Of a stretch of DNA of 31,783 nucleotides, positions 28,401 through 31,783 are shown piece by piece. Source of the stretch: Chthoniobacteraceae bacterium. Its GTDB lineage: Bacteria > Verrucomicrobiota > Verrucomicrobiia > Chthoniobacterales > Chthoniobacteraceae. A program made the position numbers and the translations under genes. Position 1 is the stretch's first letter. Each line of letters opens with the position of its first letter. A model generated the notes under the pieces. That model was not told the origin of the DNA and did not search any database. It saw only the letters and a program-made list of their open reading frames with translations. The stretch is taken from contig JANNXQ010000266.1 in the NCBI GenBank assembly GCA_031409655.1, forward strand, positions 1 through 31,783, given 5' to 3'.

Positions 28401-29279
28401 CGGCAGCGCCGTGGGATTCGGCCCGAGCGCGCGACTCGCGGCGATCTCCGCCGGGCGGAACGCCTGGTCGTAAATGCGGACTTCGTTGTAGTCGATGCGG
28501 GCGAGGGGATCGGCGGAGTATTGGGAGCGGCCGAGCCAGTTGTTCACGTCCTCGAGATTCGCGAGGCGGAAGTTCACGTCGATGGAGCGAGCGAGCGCCG
28601 CATTTGCGTACCACGAAGCGCGGCCGCCAGTGGCGGGAAAGGCGCCGACGCCATTTTCAAAGACGAGCGTGTAGTGGACTTCGGTATTCGCGGGTGTGGC
28701 GATCGCGCTGTCGCCGGTGACCGCAGCTGCGCCATTGATCCGGCCTTCGAGGCGCTGCCCATTCAAGCTCGCGCGCCCGATATTTAGCGCGAGGTCGTCC
28801 ACATTCGTCGCCGTGGTCGCGCCGGGGGAGGTCGTCGAGTTGGCGGTCACTTCACCCGCTGCCGCGCCCGCCCCGACGCCAGCGGCGAGGCTCATGCGGC
28901 CGAAATCGAAGAGGCGCTGGTTATTGAGCTGCGCGACGGGCGTGGCCCAGATTTCCACGGTGAGATTGGTCTTCGACGAGACGATGCCGTTTGGCAGATC
29001 GAGGTAGGGGAAGATGAGGTTTGCCGCGGCGGTGCCGGGACTCACGGTGTTTCCGCTGCCGGGCAGGCGCAGCGCGGTGCCGGTGAAGCTCGCGCGATTT
29101 GTGCCGGTGGGGCCGGCGCCGACGACGGTGGTGGTCGCGCCGGAGATGGAGTCCGGGATGGTGAGGCCGGCGGCGATGGTGCCTGCGGCGTTGTTAAAGG
29201 ACCACCGGTTGAGGAGGCCAGCGTGCGTCGTCCCGGTGACGGTCAGGAGCGTGAGGAGGAGGGGGGCGAGACGTTTCAT
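25434..29279 (-). CDS. Multidomain exported PQQ-dependent sugar dehydrogenase-like protein (LamG-like + Ig-like + GSDH beta-propeller + diheme cytochrome c + C-terminal domain)
   Basis: Signal peptide; LamG-like NRWSF...NNWLGRSQY...EVRIYD; Ig-like DSFTYR; GSDH motifs RLFVAQRGG, GERGFLG, HNGGDLHFGGDGYLYITTGD, GFRNLWRMSFD and GGNYGW; heme motifs CLSCH and CAYCH with MPP; C-terminal DADADG...ETSTDLQSW...RFFR. Confidence 0.88.
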   Translation of the reverse strand: MKRLAPLLLTLLTVTGTTHAGLLNRWSFNNAAGTIAAGLTIPDSISGATTTVVGAGPTGTNRASFTGTALRLPGSGNTVSPGTAAANLIFPYLDLPNGIVSSKTNLTVEIWATPVAQLNNQRLFDFGRMSLAAGVGAGAAAGEVTANSTTSPGATTATNVDDLALNIGRASLNGQRLEGRINGAAAVTGDSAIATPANTEVHYTLVFENGVGAFPATGGRASWYANAALARSIDVNFRLANLEDVNNWLGRSQYSADPLARIDYNEVRIYDQAFRPAEIAASRALGPNPTALPTVQPDSITMNPGAKASIAVRTNDANAVGLEIVQTPQFGSATLDPFGRILYTHTSGAPTSDSFTYRAINLVGVSAPATVTVNFSSALRLIAPTLNVPATLPPAAYQVEEAFGTLAFTDPVALATPPGETQRLFVAQRGGLLRVIPNVAAATPTATTFLDLATLLSSRNLPANPNEVIVAGGERGFLGVGFHPNYATNGYFYVNYCVDKDSTVASPIFQRVSRFTVQAGNPNVANPNSELILIEQLDEYGNHNGGDLHFGGDGYLYITTGDEGDQNDTGNNSQRITKDFFCAILRIDVDKRPGNLEPNANPNPVDYPVNPPADAVQRDAGVARYSIPIDNPYVPTTEGGSWTGTHNGAAIPAAELPYVRSEFWATGFRNLWRMSFDPTTGDLWAGDVGGGAREEVDIVTRGGNYGWALREGFINGPKSAQAPANFDTLYGTRPIHDYPHNSGTTGGFSITGGFVYRGNRFPELFGAYLFADYVTGNIWTIRRSGLNGATPAERIAGEGGISAFGRDPSNGDILMADLDNGRIRRLVGGVPTTGYPTTLGETGVFADLTDLSPNPGLVAYDVNLPFWSDYGIKRRWLTIPDAIGTMTWSRDGLWTFPTGQVWVKHFDLELTRGNFSTKRRVETRLLVKTATGAYGVSYRWNDAQTDATLVPDEGVDIPFTINVGGTNTPQTWRIPSRSECLSCHTPAAGHALSSNTRQLNLSGIMKAFAGHQITLLHSAGYFSNTPESPNVLPRHLRPDELAAPPETGFPLEARVRSYLDVNCAYCHKPGGTGAPAQWDGRSTTPLDLTGLINGPATNNGGNPNHKLIVPDEPQFSVMLSRMAATNGYTRMPPIGSNLTDQPNVTLVTQWIESAALINRQTYADWRLAQFGSANSAEGEPGFDADADGGDNYREFLAATGPLNGGSFLQIQPSLAGGGNITISLTLPANRFAQIETSTDLQSWSLWDVPGNQGLATPGRSLNITAPIADPKRFFRPRLNEN

Positions 29280-29367
29280 GGGTTGAGGGCGTGGGAATCT
29301 GTGTGCAGCTTTGTGGAGCGCAACGGCGAGTAGGTAAATTTTTATCGCCGGCGCAATCAGTTCAAAT

Positions 29368-30342
29368 ATGCCGGTCCTCGATTCGCACTTTCATCCGCCC
29401 CGCTGGCTCCGGGAAGGTCACGTGCAGACGTTCCTCGGGGCGCTCTTCCGCCAACGATCTGGCGTGGCTTTTGAGCGGGAACGCTGGGAGCTCGACGATG
29501 GCGACTTCCTCGATCTGGATTGGGCGCGGCGCGGACGTCGGCGGCTGGCGATCCTTTCGCACGGGCTCGAGGGCTCTTCGGCGCAGGGTTACATCCGCGG
29601 CCTGGCCACGGCGCTGGGGGTGGCGGGTTGGGACGTGCTCGCGTGGAATTTCCGCGGCTGCAGCGGCGAGCCAAATCGCCTCCCGCGCTTCTACCACAGC
29701 GGCGAGACTGAGGATCTGCGCGCGATCGTGGGCCGGGTCGCGGAGGCCTATGAAAGTGTCGCGCTCGTCGGCTTCAGTCTCGGGGGGAATAGCACGCTGA
29801 AATATCTCGGCGAAGCCCCGCCGCATCCCCGGGTGAACTGCGCGGCGACGGTCTCGGTGCCGATCGATCTCGCGAGCTGCGCGCGCCGCCTCGACTGCGA
29901 ACTCGGCAACCGCCTTTACCTCCGCCGCTTTCTCAGCTCGATGCGGACGAAGATCGCGGCGAAGGCGCGGCAGTTTCCCGCGAGCTTCGAGGTGACGGGT
30001 TTGGAGCGCGTGACGACTTTTGAGGAGTTCGACGGTCGCTTCACCGGTCCGCTGCATGGCTTCCGCGATGCGGAGGACTACTGGGCGCGGTCGAGCGCGC
30101 GGCAGTTTCTCCAGGAACTCACCGTCCCCACGCTCCTCCTGAACGCCCGCAACGACCCCTTCCTCACGCCCGCTTGTTTTCCAGTGACCGAGGCCACCTT
30201 GAGCCCGCACCTTTTTCTCGAGGCTCCCGAGTCCGGCGGCCACGTCGGTTTCTTGGACCTCGGAGGCGGGCCTTGGTGGAGCCTGCGCATCGTCGAGTTC
30301 TTGGGCGGGGTGGACAGGATGCGCCGCTCTGCCGGAGAGTAG
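29368..30342 (+). CDS. YheT-family alpha/beta hydrolase
   Basis: GHVQT, DGDFLDLDW, HGLEGSS, NFRGCSGEPN, YHSGETEDL, GFSLGGN, NDPFL and GGHVGF. Confidence 0.92.
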   Translation: MPVLDSHFHPPRWLREGHVQTFLGALFRQRSGVAFERERWELDDGDFLDLDWARRGRRRLAILSHGLEGSSAQGYIRGLATALGVAGWDVLAWNFRGCSGEPNRLPRFYHSGETEDLRAIVGRVAEAYESVALVGFSLGGNSTLKYLGEAPPHPRVNCAATVSVPIDLASCARRLDCELGNRLYLRRFLSSMRTKIAAKARQFPASFEVTGLERVTTFEEFDGRFTGPLHGFRDAEDYWARSSARQFLQELTVPTLLLNARNDPFLTPACFPVTEATLSPHLFLEAPESGGHVGFLDLGGGPWWSLRIVEFLGGVDRMRRSAGE

Positions 30343-30526
30343 AACCATGGAACCTGAGCCGCCCGTCTCGAAGCCCAGGGGCAAGCGAAAGCCGAAGAGC
30401 CTCAAGGTCGCGCAGTTCTTTCAGAAGCACGCCGGTCTCACGCCGCTTAAGAATCAGAAGCGTTTCCGGGGCGTCCGGCGGTGCGGAGCGGAGTGGGGCA
30501 GACGTCACCGGCGATTCGGTGAATGG

Positions 30527-30555
30527 TTGTCGTCGGGCGCGGCTTTGGCTACTTT
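30527..30555 (+). promoter_or_regulatory. Sigma70-type promoter of the Uma2 gene (leaderless geometry)
   Basis: TTGTCG (30527-30532), 17-nt spacer, TACTTT (30550-30555), then 6 nt to ATG 30562. Confidence 0.55.
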
Positions 30556-30561
30556 CCGCGC

Positions 30562-31155
30562 ATGGCTCTGCCTCAGACGAAACCGTTTATTTCTCCTGAA
30601 GAGTACCTCCAGCGCGAACGCGAGGCTCCGTACAAGAGTGAATACTATGCCGGGGAAATGTTTGCGATGGCCGGTGGAAGCCCGACGCACAGCTTGCTAA
30701 CGCTCAACGTCGGCGGCGAACTCCGAAGCCTCCTCAAAGGAAACCGCTGCGCTCCCTACGACAGCAACCTCCGCGTCTTCGTGGCCGCCGATGGCCTCTA
30801 CACCTACCCAGATGCCTTGGTCATCTGCGGCCCGCTCGAACTCGTGCCAGGGCACGACGACATGGTCACAAACCCGACCTTGATCGTGGAAGTCCTCTCG
30901 GATTCCACCGAAGCTTACGATCGCGGGAGGAAGTTCGCGCATTACCGGATGCTGCCCTCCTTTGCCGAATACGTGCTCATCTCGCAGAAGGAGCCGCTCG
31001 TCGAAGTCTTCTTCCGCCAAGGCGATGGGACCTGGCAACTCACGCCGGTGCGGGGCCGCGACGCCACCGTGCGCTTGCAATCCCTCGGCGTGGAATTGCA
31101 ACTCGTGGAGATCTACGACCGGGTGGAATTCCCCGAGATCGTCCCGCTCAAGTAG
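30562..31155 (+). CDS. Uma2 family (DUF820) putative endonuclease
   Basis: ISPEEYLQRER...KSEYYAGEMFAMAGGSPTH, YTYPDALVIC, NPTLIVEVLSDSTEAYDRGRKFAHYR and EYVLISQ. Confidence 0.93.
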   Translation: MALPQTKPFISPEEYLQREREAPYKSEYYAGEMFAMAGGSPTHSLLTLNVGGELRSLLKGNRCAPYDSNLRVFVAADGLYTYPDALVICGPLELVPGHDDMVTNPTLIVEVLSDSTEAYDRGRKFAHYRMLPSFAEYVLISQKEPLVEVFFRQGDGTWQLTPVRGRDATVRLQSLGVELQLVEIYDRVEFPEIVPLK

Positions 31156-31317
31156 CGCCCTCCCGGGGCCGGGCGACGGGTGCTGTCAGCCAGGCAGGCG
31201 GGCCAGCGTGCGCCGAGCGCTATGGAGATTGTCGGCAATTCGGAGAAAACGCGGATAAACTTTTCCGACACACCACTTGCCCCGGCTCCAAGCGCTGTGC
31301 TAAACGCAGCCCTTCCT

Positions 31318-31783
31318 ATGAAAAAACTCGTGCTTCCCCACCGTCCATTGTCGCTCCTCGCGGCCGTCGTTGTCCTGTCTGCGATCTCTCCCGTGCAGGC
31401 CGAAGAAGTGCAGCCGGAAAATGCCAAGACCCTCCTGCTGGAACTCAAGCAGCGTGATCTCGAACGCCAGGTCGAAGGCAAGAAACGCGAGATCGAGCGC
31501 ACCAATGGCGACCTCCGCCTCGCCCGCATGCAGGCCCAGAAACTTCAGGAGAGTATCGACGCCACCGGCTCCCTCCTCGGCGACACCACCGCCTACCTCG
31601 ATCAGCTCACGGCCCAGAAGGCCCGCCTCGAGCAGGTCGTGGAATTGACCACCCTCCGCATCGACGCGGAGCGGCAGAAAGTGGACGGCCTCAAGGCGCT
31701 CGGTGATGCGCAGTTCAAGGCGCTCGAGAGCGTCATCAAGCACATCGAAGAAACCGAGACCCGCGCGAACCTCGCCGGAGCGG
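31318..31783 (+). CDS. Exported coiled-coil hypothetical protein, partial (runs off window end)
   Basis: Translated by hand from ATG 31318: MKKLVLPHRPLSLLAAVVVLSAISPVQA-EEVQPENAKTLLLELKQRDLERQVEGKKREIER...; signal peptide followed by a heptad-rich helix, open to the window end. Confidence 0.75.
   Translation, partial: MKKLVLPHRPLSLLAAVVVLSAISPVQAEEVQPENAKTLLLELKQRDLERQVEGKKREIERTNGDLRLARMQAQKLQESIDATGSLLGDTTAYLDQLTAQKARLEQVVELTTLRIDAERQKVDGLKALGDAQFKALESVIKHIEETETRANLAGA

Noticed and set aside
30562..31155. Uma2 nuclease as a defence system or as the mobiliser of the repeats
   Set aside because: It is a solitary gene of a family commonly present in many copies; there is no methylase, partner gene or flanking repeat to link it.

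Overview
GC-rich bacterial chromosomal segment, very likely Verrucomicrobiota (PVC superphylum). The assignment rests on the 51-aa PVC signature small basic protein, two PSD1/planctomycete-cytochrome + DUF1501 pairs and a Verrucomicrobia-type C-terminal domain. From left to right: (1) a partial 2-hydroxycarboxylate transporter and a beta-decarboxylating dehydrogenase, divergent from a XylR-type regulator; (2) an ~11.3-kb minus-strand operon: ECF sigma, FecR/LamG anti-sigma, sulfatase, tandem CBM-like protein, esterase, PSD1 cytochrome c protein, DUF1501, and an apparently internally deleted hypothetical protein; (3) the small basic protein, a hybrid histidine kinase and a hexose-6-phosphate mutarotase; (4) a NarX/NarL-type two-component pair followed by a LamG-PSD1 protein and DUF1501; (5) a large multidomain PQQ-type dehydrogenase/diheme cytochrome c protein, a YheT-like hydrolase, a Uma2 nuclease and a partial coiled-coil protein. 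The most unusual DNA-level signal is four tracts of 7-nt tandem repeats, each with a different unit. Three are palindromic two-arm elements, two of which supply the first and last codons of the same sensor kinase; the fourth lies in frame inside a gene. There is also a REP-doublet-like palindrome, two candidate operators and several apparently leaderless genes. I saw no rRNA, tRNA, CRISPR array, transposase or integrase. Family assignments come from motif recognition by eye, not database searches.
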